From assembly GCA_964016885.1 (NCBI GenBank), contig OZ024741.1, positions 123,070,001 through 123,134,000 of the forward strand: a DNA stretch of 64,000 nucleotides, given 5' to 3'. A program made the position numbers and the translations under genes. The DNA comes from Eledone cirrhosa. Lineage: Eukaryota. The notes beneath the pieces are model-generated. The model was not told the origin of the DNA and searched no databases. It worked only from the letters and a program-made list of their open reading frames with translations. This document shows, piece by piece, positions 1 through 12,592 of this stretch (within the stretch, counting starts at the first letter, position 1; each line of letters starts with the position of its first letter).

Positions 1-147
1 AATTGAATAGTATAGGCTGCCATCTCTAGCAGCTTGTTCTGTTCATGCCACCGGTTACTGCCTCGCGCACACATTTCCCTCATATCTACACGTGCGACAG
101 GTAGTTTACTTTAGTTCTCTCTAGTAGTGCGGACAATATCGGCCTTC

Positions 148-225
148 CACATACTGATGACCCTCAGGGCCGAATTGGAACCCACTTAAATAGCGAAACA
201 TTCTCCTGGTGAGTTTGTATATGTG
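148..225 (+). ncRNA. Putative type I hammerhead ribozyme, probably in a Penelope-like 3' end upstream of (TA)n
   Basis: cacata-CTGATGA-(34 nt)-GAAAC-attctcctggtgagttt-GTA-tatgtg; 6-bp stem I (cacata/tatgtg), stem III partly paired, stem II closure poor. Confidence 0.5.
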
Positions 226-469
226 TGACCTAGATATGAGGTTGGTTTCTCATTTTAATTTATATTTTTAATTTTAATGTTTTTCCTATTCCTCTATTAG
301 CTTATATTCTCCTCACGCTGGTGGTTTGAAATTCCTGTAAAGAAAAACACACTCTTCTGTGTCTTTCCCCTCTGTATATTGTATTTTAAAGTGCCCAGGA
401 AAACTCTTTCCTTTGAGCTCATTTAATTACAGGATTATACGCGAGTCCTTTGCTCCGTTATTTTACTTG

Positions 470-470
470 A

Positions 471-554
<84 letters not shown>

Positions 555-660
555 GTTTGTATATATATATATACACATATATATATATTTATATATATAT
601 GTACATACAGACACAAACATGTATATATATATATGCGTGTGTGTATATATATATATATAT
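470..660. repeat. (TA)n-rich microsatellite
   Basis: Directly visible dinucleotide tract. Confidence 0.95.
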
Positions 661-2520
661 GGGGGTGATAGGATATGATATTTAAATAGAGAAAGAAAAG
701 TAATATAATAGCCTAGAAAAATTTAGTATCATCTAAGAAAAGAAAAGAAAAACTTATGTTTATATTTTCCATCAATTAAATAAAAAAAAAGTTGATGTTG
801 AGAAAGACCAAAACATCGCTTAGATTATATAAAAAAGGGTGGTTGTATTTTAAGATTGATAGACCAAAACGATAGTTATATTTAATTTACTCTTAGCATG
901 GTTGGGTATGCATTCACTGTTTAGAATATATCATACGCACTCCACCGAAGATGATTTATATTAACTGGCGGCCATATACTAATTTTGAACGTCGTTCTTG
1001 AATAATGTTTATTGATATTGTTATAAGATGGAGTTCGTATTTTTATTTTATGATGAGATGTATAGTTATTATTAGCCTGATTTTTTTAAGATTGTTTAAG
1101 ATAAGATTCACGTTCAGTTCGATTAGTTAACGAAAGAACCACGCCAGTCAAGAAATTGTTTCGCATCCTGAACATTCACAATTTACTCATCACGAATCAC
1201 CGAGGAATTCATATAGTGGTAGAAACATGATGGGTCCTGGTTATCGTAATCAACTTACTACTTACTGCGATCGGGGCGGTGGTGGCCATGCAAGAACACT
1301 ACGCGATTTCGACAATGGTTATTTATTCGATCAACTGAACGCCGGACACTTGAATTGATGTATAAACCACAGATACATTTTTATGCATACAATACAGGTT
1401 GTATGTATCAAATCAGAGGGTTCCTTTACGAAATGCGTATAAAATAGATGCTCATTTATAGTGGTTAACTAAAGAGTATTCAATAAAAAAATACTTTACC
1501 TTCTCACTACATATCTCAGTTGTTCCTATGGCAATGGGAACATTTGTTATCATGTGACCTGAATCACATAAACATATACTGCGATTAGGATGGATAGCCA
1601 TACGCAATTACAAGAGATGGACTTGCTCTAACAGCTCAAATCTCTTCCCATCCTCATGGATAACACGTACGCCATTTTATCCGCCAGGACCATGAATCTT
1701 AAAAGTAACGTTGATTAAATGATTAAACATTTTAGTCCATGCTGTAGTAAGGCACTTAGGAATATCGTTTTGGTCATGTGGTTATGTGGCATTTGGTTAC
1801 TAAAGACATTTAAGGTTTTGAATTGATTTCCTGTATGCGTGCGTCCTTGTTCGTGTTTGTGTGTGAATTTCTCCCTTGAGTATATATTTAGTGAAAAATC
1901 AACAGTACCGGTATAGGTGTGTGCGTTTTCATTTGAATTTACACTGTGGTTGAACCCAGAACCTATTGGTTCTGAAGTGAATTTCTTAACCATGCTTCTA
2001 TGCCTGTTGCTGGGAAATAGATATTCATTATCTTAAAATATGCGTAACCCAAAACGCTCTCATGCTAGAATTAGATAGTTGACGATTAAAACATTGAATA
2101 ATGTAAATATGAGATGTAATATGCGTGCATAGGCATTATATAACATATATACGTTTCGTATGACGGAAGCATACGATGGAAACATTTGTAACAGAATTTC
2201 GTGCGTGCATATTATTTCTATCTTTTATATAATTCATTGAATTTAGCATGTAAGGTATCAAATGGTAAATAAAATATATATCTATTAAAGAAATACTTAA
2301 ATCTTTTCCTACCATTATTCAGTGACAAAGATTATAAAAAAACTTCAACATCAATTTTTTTTTTTTTTTTTAAACACTTTAGTCTTTATTGTGTTGTATC
2401 AGATGAAAGAATGGTATTTAACTAATGTATTGGTACGCGATGGGGCCCACCTACAGCCCCGGCGGACAGAATGGAGAAGTCGTTTCCCCGGAGGATGGCA
2501 AGGGAAACGATCTGGAAAAG

Positions 2521-2994
2521 TCACTCCAACTCGCGGGGCTCACACCTGCGGCTGGCCAGCTCAGCGCCTATGGTGGTGAGTAAGGAGGTAGCCCTGGGGC
2601 TGAGGACACCAGAAGACTCCACTGCCAGGGGAATGACCGCAAACTTGTCGGAGAGTGACCGGTATTTGAGGAGTTTGGCCCCCTCAGCCCGACGTACAGC
2701 AGAACCTGGCTCAGTCGCAGACTGCACCAGGTTGCGGTTGCAGAAAGTGTCGGTGCAAGTGGCATCCCAGACGAGGCGTTTGCCACCGCGGAACGGGAAG
2801 ATGGTCATGCCATCTGGCCTTTTGCCGTCCCCTCGATCCAGCCCCACCGGCTCGAGCTGGGAAGGGAAGCCTGCAGTGTCCAAGCCATGCTTAATGACCT
2901 CGTTGAGGGCAGCATGGCGTGAAATGCGACCGGAACTGTGGTTACAGGAAAGCGGGTGGGACCGAAAGAGTCCACGGTGGAACCGCAGCGACAT
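2521..2994 (-). pseudogene. Restriction-like (PD-D/ExK) endonuclease fragment of the CRE-type element
   Basis: RH-x3-N, RPDG, WDAT and AE-x2-K-x2-KY motifs. Confidence 0.8.
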
Positions 2995-3370
2995 TGGTGT
3001 GGCTGGCAGATCCGGAGGCCGAGCCTCAGGGAAACGCCGATTCGCAGGCTATGGTTGTCTAGCTGCGTGCCAGTGGAGAAGGAGGGCAGGGCATGGAGCC
3101 ATGCACCACTGTGGGGTTTGGAGGCTGTACGAAAACAAGCAAGGCGGTGCTGGTCGAGCTGCGGCGTCAGCCTGTCTGAGGCCTGGCTGCACTGGATGGC
3201 ATCCCAAGTGCGTTGGGAGGACTTGACGTCAACAGGGGGAGAAGGAGGAGGGACGTCTACTGGGCTAAGTCCCAGCCGGTCCTACGTCTCACAGGCGGCC
3301 TCACGTTCTCTAAACACAGAGGGTTCTGTTGTGTTTTGAAGAACCTTGCTGAGGAGGACTCGGCACGAGG

Positions 3371-4458
3371 TTACCGACGAAGATACGCCGGCAAAGCTAG
3401 TGAGTTCGGGGACTGGAGGCCAAGGCCGCCATACCTGACCGGTAAAGTGGCCTGTTGCCACCCTATGTCGTCAAACTTGACGTTGCATATCCCATCGGCT
3501 GCTGCTCGGATACAAGTATCGAGGTCAGCGAGGAGAGATGTCTGGGTGTAGCATGGAGCGCTACGGAGTGTACAGAAGAGCTTCGGCATGTCGAAGCAGT
3601 TCGTCAGCAGAAAGAGAGCTGGGTGGCCGTCAATCAAGCCCAGTTGGCTCGTGAGAGTCTGGAGCTGTTGAAGCTTGGACCTGATGGTGGAGCGGATGGC
3701 CGGTGGGTGGATCGGTGACACGAGGATGAGGACATCCTCTTTGGGGGTCACTTGAACCTGGCGGAGAATGGACCGCACGTCTAAGACGGAGGCTGCAAAG
3801 CTCGCAGCATCGAGGCTAACGTTCATCACCTCCGACCTGGCCGAGTTGACCTGGAGGCCGATTCCCGACAGGGCAGGAATCACTGATTGAAATTCTTGGC
3901 AGACCGTCCGTACGGGCCCGCCCAATGTAGCATCATCCAGATACCAAGCGTAGAGAGGGGCTGTGATACTCCGGGCGATGTGGTCAATACCAAGGGCGAA
4001 CAGGAGGGGTTCCAAAGGGTCGCCCTGATGGACCGCAGTAGCCGAGGGTATGACCGTATCAGCAGCTAGGAGCATGCTCGGGGCTCCATATGACATGTAG
4101 GCCAGCGGGTAGGCAGAGGGGGCTCCGCAGCTGCTAGCTGGGAAGGACCTGATGGCGGACATGATATCTGCATCAGTAGCCACAAGGAGCAGGTAGGGAT
4201 CGGGTGGGGGTATGGGTCTGAGATCAGTGGGTGACTCAGGGTGTTTGAGCTGCAGAGCAGCCAGGACCTCCTCGGTGGGTTGGAGGACAGTGTCCTCTGA
4301 GGCAACAACTCTGACTGCGGCCGAGACATCACCCATGATAAGCTTTGCGTTTACCTGGTCACGCAAACGCTTAGCGCTGGCCTCGGCGGTGGAGGATAGG
4401 GGGTACCTGAGAGTGGGGTGTGTGGCGTCCCTGGGCACGCTTGGAATGGACGCTCGGC
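3371..4458 (-). pseudogene. Reverse transcriptase fragment of the CRE-type element (internally deleted)
   Basis: QGDPL and YLDD motifs; QATLPVRYGGLGL downstream. Confidence 0.8.
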
Positions 4459-4542
4459 AAATGGTAAACGGAAAAGAGTAAAGCAAACATTACAGTACAA
4501 TGAAAATATGTTTGTTTAACGCTTGATATGGTAAGAAAAGTG

Positions 4543-4577
4543 TCTTCACATTCCGGACGCTAGATCTTCATCAGAAA
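4543..4577 (-). ncRNA. Degenerate minimal hammerhead, same family as 10581-10616
   Basis: Minus strand CTGATGAagatctagcgtccGGAATGTGaaga; flank ttaacgcttgatat is shared with the 10.55-kb copy. Confidence 0.4.
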
Positions 4578-4671
4578 TAGATATATGATGAAATAGAAAA
4601 ATAGAAGAAACTGAGAAGAAAAAGAAAGTGATAACTCTTATTGGAAAAAGAGCATATGTGCGTTTATTTAA

Positions 4672-4730
<59 letters not shown>

Positions 4731-4768
4731 ATTAACAAATGGAAACTATATGTATAGAACCATATTTA

Positions 4769-4828
4769 TTTTATTATACATATTTCAGGACACCAAGTTA
4801 AATTATGGTGTGCTTTCATCAGATAAAA
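4769..4828 (-). ncRNA. Minimal hammerhead-like motif in an insert between (TA)n tracts
   Basis: Minus strand ttttat-CTGATGA-aagc acacca..tggtgt cct-GAAAT-AT-GTA-taataaaa. Confidence 0.5.
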
Positions 4829-4899
4829 TATAATATAGAGCAGTTTTATAAATAAATATTGACATACCACTAAAGAATGCAACCATTACTGTTGGAAGC

Positions 4900-4936
<37 letters not shown>

Positions 4937-5479
4937 TAAATATAGTGTGTGTGTATGTGTATGACTATATGTTTATTTACAAGGAGAGATTTTTTGCATT
5001 AAAAGAAACTATAAATAATAATTAAATTAAAAATAGGGGCATGACAGCATAGAGAAAAGTCAAATTCTTTTCAGAATTATCGATTATTGAAGCTTTTAAT
5101 GGGCCAGAAGTCATTTAGGAGGAAATTTACCAATAATCTGGTGAAAATGCTCGGTAAGCAACACATGATTTATGTTACTTTTAAGCTATATTTTCCCGTA
5201 TATATTTGTACATTTATCAAACTAGACTGACAAATTTAATCAATCAAATCTCCTCCGGCATTGACAAAACGTATTCATTGGATTATTATTTAAATTTGAT
5301 GAAGGCAGCCAGAAAAGTTATGTCGAAAATCTCAAATATGGATTGAAATCACAGAAATCTCCATAACATCTGCTATTACTCACGTTCTGAAGGAAATAAA
5401 AAAGGTTTAATACAAGACCTAAAATACACCTGAACATATCGTAAGTACGATGACAACTTGTAGCATATTTTAGTATAAT

Positions 5480-5690
5480 AATTTCTGCTTTAGGCACAAA
5501 GCCAACACTTGTGGGGGAGGGGAAAATCAAATAAATCGACCCCAGAGTGTGAATGGTAATTTATTTTATCGATCAATTAAGGATGAAAGGCAAAGTACCC
5601 ACGGCGGGATTTGAACTCAGAATGTAAAGTCCTGAATCTAATTGTTGTAAAGCATTTTGTCCGACCGACTAACGATTCTGCCAAACAGCT
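5480..5690 (-). mobile_element. tRNA-derived SINE, family A
   Basis: B box GAGTTCAAATCC; central tgcctttcatcct..tcgataaaataaa; 3' end tgtgcctaaagcagaaa. Confidence 0.8.
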
Positions 5691-5941
5691 GTATTCGCGT
5701 CTTATTATAATTACACTACATGTAATTCACTAGATACTCCATACGCCATCTACACCCTAGTTTTACCTCACTCCGGAAGCCCCGACTCCCTTTAGTCAGT
5801 ACTAACTTACTTGCTTGTACTCGTTGAGGTACTTTCGATTCGTCAGATTTCTCTTCTCCGATCATCTATGGTTTCAACCCATCCCACCAGCATTCGCTTT
5901 AATCAACAAATCCGGTCAATTTCTCCAAAATATAGAAATAT

Positions 5942-6217
5942 AATTGTTTCTACTTTTTGGCACAAGGCCAGCAATTAACCCAGTGCCTTACTGGTACTTT
6001 ATTTTATCGACCCCCGCAAGGATGAAAGGCATAGTTGACCTCGGCGGGAGTTTAACTCAGATCATAAAGCGCCATATCTCTTTGCTGCAAAGCATGGCGT
6101 CAGACCCTCTACCGATAATGCTAATCCACCGCCCTCGAAAATATAGAAATATAATTGTTTCTACTTTTGGCACAAGGCCAGCAATTATCCCAGTGCATTA
6201 CTGGTACTTTATTTTAT
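5942..6217 (-). mobile_element. SINE family A copy plus tandem partial 3' duplicate
   Basis: aattgtttctacttttggcacaaggccagcaatt occurs at 5943 and 6153; B-box-like GAGTTAAACTCC. Confidence 0.8.
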
Positions 6218-6780
6218 AGAAATATAATGAAAGAGAGAAAGGGTGATGTGAGTAAGAACCGGACAATAAGAAAGAAAGGGAGATAGAAGAAAAATCTACA
6301 TTAGTAAAGAACTGTTACTTTATTTATCGACGTTGAAAGAACGAAAGGTAAAACAGATATCGATGGGACTTGAGAATGAAAATTGTAAAGTATTTTATCT
6401 GACATACTAATGACTCTGCCGAATTACCACATTAACAGTACTTTATGCCAATAGGAAGATAATATAAGAGAGTATTACGTTTAAGCAAGAACACTTGTCA
6501 GGTTTCTGAATCCATTGTAATAAACGACGAGCTTCATCATCGCACTTAATCTGAAATATAAACTGAAGGTGAATATCAATTTAAAGAAGAAATTATATTA
6601 GTTTCAAAATCTCAACAATTTACAATTAATTATTGGAATTAATTATCAGTTATTCTTATGAATTAAATATGTTCATCTTCCTAATTAACGCATATCATAC
6701 AGAAATATTAATTTGTCTGGTAGTGCTTTGTAGTTCAGCGTCCATCATATATCTATTCCAACATCAATACCAACATCAAT

Positions 6781-6873
6781 ACCACCACCACCACCACCAC
6801 CACCACCACCACCACCTCCTCCTCCTCCTCCTCCTTCTTCTTCTTCTTCTTCTTCTTCTTCTTCTTCTTCTTC
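6781..6873. repeat. Compound (CAC)n-(CTC)n-(TTC)n microsatellite
   Basis: Directly visible. Confidence 0.95.
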
Positions 6874-7450
6874 TAAACTAGTAAAATGATTCTTCATGCG
6901 CCTTCGATACAGCATATATAATCTCGAGTTCCTAAATGTTTTATTCCAATTTGTTCATTTCATAAATGTCTATGCATAATTTATGGATATGTCATGTCAC
7001 ATTGTAGTGTATTAAAAATTAAAGGATAATACTCTTATGTCAAAATGTATGGCACACTCCACAGTAGTTCAATACTCCGACTAACAAGGGATATCATATG
7101 CCTTCCTTTGCGGCTTTCTTTGAAATAGCATCAAAATATCTATCACATCGCTGTCTTAAAAAATCGACATATTAATACAAGAAAAATCGACATATTAATA
7201 CAAGAAAAATCTGATGTGGTCACCATTACAATACGTTTGATCACAAGTAAACGATAATTAATCTAAAGACATTATTATTAATTATTCTCTTGAAATTTGT
7301 GAAACTCAAGAATTTCTTTTGGTATATTTGTGTAGTAACACCTTGCCCTATAACACATTAAAGAGATTGTGTCGTAGTAAAGAGAAACACAAGAAAAAGA
7401 AAGTGGGGTTGGGGAAAAGGAACAGCTAAATAAAGAGGAGAAAGAGGAAA

Positions 7451-7523
<73 letters not shown>

Positions 7524-10424
7524 TCTCCTAATTTCATATTTATTAATAATATATTTGTTATTTTGTTAGTTGAAAGCTTTTTTGATGCTGTGAAAATCTC
7601 TTTGTTCGCGCTTTAAATTTCCCCGCCGGAAGCCGGATAATATTAAACGAACACCTGTCGAGGAAGGTATTTCCAGTTCCAGGACATAAACACAGACGAT
7701 AAATATCAACAATACAAGAAGATACCTTATCCTTATTGTAGTGACTTTCCCTGACCAAAATAGCAGCTAAATCTCTTTTTATTTTAACCTACCTCCATAC
7801 TAAGAAAAAAGTTTACATACTAGATAAAGTAACTCGTAATAAAATATCTAAATAAAAAAAATCTGGGATTTGAACTCAGAGAGCAGTGAGTCGGAACAAC
7901 TACCGAGTCAGTCTTAATCCAACGATCTAAAGACTCTGCTTGCACACTGTGTACGATAAAAATATAACCAGGAATAAATTTAGGGCGACCATAACTGCAT
8001 AGGCGGTTGAATTAAATTTGTGAATTTAGATTACATGACATTGGGAGAACAACAACAACGTGGTGTTTCTAGCAATGCCTTTTGTCAGCGAAAATTGTGT
8101 TTTTCTGTTTTACTTATTTGTGGCAGCATGGGTAATCTATATGTGTGAGGTCAGAGATAGGATGGGTTATCTAAGCTGATAAACTGTTCACTGAACATCA
8201 GTGGCGAGAAGGCTGAAGATGGATGACAGTGATGAGTTAATCAGTGACTAAGATCATTTCTGTTTGACACACATGGTCCAATCTTTCTACACGAATGCAA
8301 ATTCGTAGGCTCATTATAGAAATGACGACCTATTAAAAAAAACGAATAGGCTGCAATATGCATATATTAACCACAAAATAGTTAAATAAAAATCCTTCCG
8401 TCGGACGTCAAAACAGTTCTTCTCAATAAAATTGTACTCATAAACCATGAGTCGAACCGAGATTATGGTAAGTGACAGTTACTAAAGATACAATGCAGAG
8501 GGATCGAACACGAGAGCTACTGGTTGCGAAGTGAACTTCTTAAACAGTCGACCACACTGCGTCTTTAATGTATAACGTACATAACAATAATTTATCACAA
8601 AAGAGAAGATATATTATTGCTGTAGGATGAAACGGCGTTCTTTAGATGTAGGAGTGTGTCATTAAGGACATATGTACATCCCTAGATACTTACTCCTCCC
8701 TCTTATATGACATTTATTGGGCTTAAGAAATATAAATCGTTCACGGCTTGAATGTCATTTATTATAGGCTACTTGACTTGCCTGAAATAACAGCAAAAAT
8801 ACACTTGAAATATCCCAAGAAAGACACATATATAGGTTGAATTACGCTATTCTTAAAAATAACAAATGTAGAGCGTTTTCTTTAGCTCAGATCAATGAGC
8901 GCTGACATCTAGTTAAGAACAACAATAATTGTCAGAGGAACAATGACGTCGACAACAACACTAAGAATATTAGCGGCAACCACCGCTGACACCACATAGA
9001 ACACCACGACAACAACATAAGCAGCATTAACTTTCACACGACTTCTTTAATTTCTGATACATATGCAGTGAATCAAAGAATAAGAATTACAATGAATTAC
9101 AACACCACTACAAAGAATCGCCAAGGGTGATCCAGCTACGAGAAAATAATTGGCATACTGATTCGATTGGGATCTGCGTTTCTGTGTGAATAGACGCGTT
9201 CCGCTCATGATCTTGACGGCGGGTTATAGCCTGAAGCAAGAAACCTTATTTCACCATGCTCTAACCCAATCAGTTGGCAAAAAATAAGTTGTACATTTGA
9301 TTGAAAGTATCAGTCTTATCCCATATCGCGTGACACTGAATATCTCCGAGAATTACGTTAAGAGTTTATGCATCTGTGGAATGATCAGCTAATTACACGC
9401 TAATATTATGAGCTGATTGTTTCATCGGTCAAAGAATTGGAACATTCTTCCACAGAATAGACGGAGGTCCAACACACATACTGATTCGATGCAGCTGTAA
9501 CTACTTCCTGAAAGTTTCTTCAATCAATAATTCTTCAATTGCAGAGTTACTTATGTTGTTGGAGACAACTTCAGTAGCTTCAGACTGTCAATATACGTAC
9601 TATATGAACTTCGCTATATACAAGACATGTCGTGAATTATATAATTAACGCATCTATTTCTACATGACTACCTCTTTATAGTCTTAAGGAAGAAGTGAAT
9701 CCGGGCGAATAGAGCAAACGTCAAATTTATCACGCTTCACTTGTAGAAGAAATTGCAAAAATGCTGACCATGAAACGGTTTATTGATAATGATTAAATGA
9801 ATATGAAAACTTTCGTTCAAACAATGGTGTTCAACGTACAGCTTTTGTCGGTTGTAATTGGTAACTACGAACAAATATTCAACGGGCGTAAATCTGTTTA
9901 TGGAACAATTAATTTCCTTGGACGTAACTACCATTCATCGAATATAACAACTTGTTTGCTCTACAGTAAATCTCATCATATTAAGTATATTCATTCTCTC
10001 CAAATAAATATCTTCAAATCTGATCAACGAGTCATCACGAAAAAGCTAAGAAAAAAAGAGAAATGATTTCAATCTTGCATTGCACTTTTAAAGGGTTGTG
10101 TATAGCTGTTGGTTGGTATATTAATATGTTATTGTTGCGATATAAATGCATGTGTATGTGTATAAGTATATGTATGTATATGAATATGTATGCACAAATA
10201 AACGCACACTCACACACACACAAACACACATACATACACACACGCGCGCGTGCGCGCGCAAACACACACATACACGACCGACCCCCATGTATTTTTACTT
10301 TTAAAAAATAATTTTCAAGGTATCACCTTAAAACATCGTTTTGCGTTTTGTCTTGTTTCCCTTCATTGTCTTGTTCTCTGTTAATTTTCTTAAGTTTCTG
10401 TCCCCCCCTCTCTCTCTCTCTTTC

Positions 10425-10461
<37 letters not shown>

Positions 10462-10580
10462 GTGTGTATGTGTGTGTGTGTGCGTGTGTGTATGTAAAAG
10501 GTAAACAGAAATAACAACACAATTGGTTATGTATATGGAAGGTATATATTAGGTTAACGCTTGATATAGCAGGAAGAGGG

Positions 10581-10616
10581 TCTTAACGCTTCGGACGCTA
10601 GTCCTTCATCAGAAGA
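10581..10616 (-). ncRNA. Minimal Penelope-type hammerhead (one core substitution)
   Basis: Minus strand tctt-CTGATGA-a-ggac tagc gtcc-GAAGC-GTT-aaga; stems I and II are perfect. Confidence 0.65.
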
Positions 10617-11042
10617 AATAATTTTATTTATGGTGGTACCAAACCGAGTATTCAATCAAAGAGAGTGTATATATTAAGATGAGCAAGCCCAGTATTTCCC
10701 GTTGTTCTCCCAGTTAAAAAAAATACTAATGTTAAAGGAAAATATATATATCAAACGAAAGAAATGTATGTTCTTTTATTCTTTGATACTTTTAATGGTC
10801 TCGGTCATTAAACTGCGCGTAGGCTAGGCACTGTCTTAATTTTATCGATCATATTGATCCCATTATTCATTTTTCCTCTTTTGTTTCTTAATTTATCGAT
10901 CTCATTTTTTTTTAAACATTAAATTACACGACATGGACAGGATACAGATGCAACATAAACCAGTGACAGACATAGACAAGCAAGCAAATATATATATATA
11001 TAGAGAGAGAGACACGCACGCACACACACACACACACACATA

Positions 11043-11116
<74 letters not shown>

Positions 11117-11276
11117 GTATTAAGTATACTATTTATGGTTATGCAAATACAAAAACCTTTTGTAGTTATATATATTTTTACAAACCCTAAATAGTGGTAG
11201 GCAGTAATATATTACTACCTTATTACCAGTAAGTTAAATAGCTCAATGTAATAACATCAATGATTTACAGAGAAGT

Positions 11277-12592
11277 TATATGAATTATAAGAATCAAAGA
11301 ACTGTTCAAAACATTTTTATACTTACAACTGTTTCCTCCAAACCGAGGTTTGGATTCTTCGGAGCAATTTATTATTGAATGAACACTTATATGACCTCCT
11401 TTTCAACCCAAGAGACATACAGATACATATGCAAATATTGTGGGTCAACATCCATTACAGCCTTTAGTGTGGCAGTACACATTTAGAGATTACATTCATA
11501 TTAAAAGATAAATCAAAAATACAGGTTAAAATACATGAAATTATAAGCGGTTATTGAGTGCAATAGTTATACGTGTGGCAAGCACGTGCGTTTTGTTTAT
11601 ATAGTGTGGTAGAGAGTTACGTGTAATAGAAGCACTTAAACAGGTGATCAAGAGTGTTAAGCGGGTTGATCTGGTAATGAATTCTTTATATGATTGTTGT
11701 AGCCTGTGCGTGGAGAAATAATATAAGCATTAAAAATATTGGAAATGCGTAGCGAAGCGATGATATGCATTTCATGCACTGCAACATTTTCATAGTCCTG
11801 GGAGCGTATTTTTCAGATTATATGCCCCTCACATAGTCTACGACGATTCGATATTGGGCGGTTGATAATCATGTTAGATAATCGTAGTCTGATGGTCTTT
11901 AGCTCAATACAGCAGGTTGTTACGTTGCGAGAATCGACATCGAAATATTTCCCAGAAGTGTGTGTGTGGCTAAGGGGAGTTAATGCATGAGGGGAGGTAA
12001 CTCAGTGGTTTCTATTACTAACTATTAAATTGTGTCTCAAAATAATCCCTAACTTATATGGTTATACGCAGTTTCTAAAAATTTAAAGTGTCTTAACTAT
12101 AATATAGTCTATTAAGCTGTACTGAAGGTGTTCCTATTATGGTGATTAACCTCCATCGTAGAGTGCCACAATTGAATATTTTACACGACGAGCGAGATTT
12201 CTAAATCAATGATCATTGTGATTTTAGTCTACTCATAGAACCTGGCAGGGTGATTATAGAATCACTTCAACATATAATGATCCCTGGTAAGTTCCATGGC
12301 AGTGCATGCTATATTGGATGTCGAAAGATAACCATCACTAGGGTAGACCAGAGGTCAATCCACACTCCTCATGTCACTAATCTGACCATCTATTCATACA
12401 TATATGTACAACTCATACGCCACTTGCAATACATTCACTGCACTCAGCATACCATCCTACAGCTCATCAACGTTACTAGATTAATTAGTCTTCCATTTAT
12501 CCAACGATGGCACTTCCCCCGCATAGCACCAACAATACAATCAATTCAATGCTTAAATTTTACATTAACTATAAAGTGGTGTAGTGCAGTTC
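11277..12592 (-). repeat. Left inverted pLTR arm
   Basis: Near-identical reverse complement of 15006-16340. Confidence 0.95.
11320..11366 (-). ncRNA. Minimal hammerhead in the left arm
   Basis: Minus strand tgct-CCGAAGA-atccaaacc tc ggtttggag-GAAAC-AGTT-GTA-agta. Confidence 0.7.

Larger units (their letters stand above)
2355..4458 (-). mobile_element. 5'-truncated, decayed CRE-clade-like non-LTR retrotransposon (RT + restriction-like endonuclease)
   Basis: GC-rich island; RT motifs QGDPLEPLLF and WYLDDATLGG (ORF 3371-4486); RLE motifs RHAALNEVI, KRPDGMT, WDATCTD, AVESSG (ORF 2521-2994); poly(A) tail seen as T17 at 2355-2371. Confidence 0.85.

Noticed and set aside
1499-1557. Possible short minus-strand host exon (ttcag..AAG/gtaaag)
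   Set aside because: The peptide is unrecognisable and no partner exons could be supported.
2322-3718. Plus-strand ORFs such as 2471-3226
   Set aside because: Antisense to the CRE element, with no recognisable motifs.
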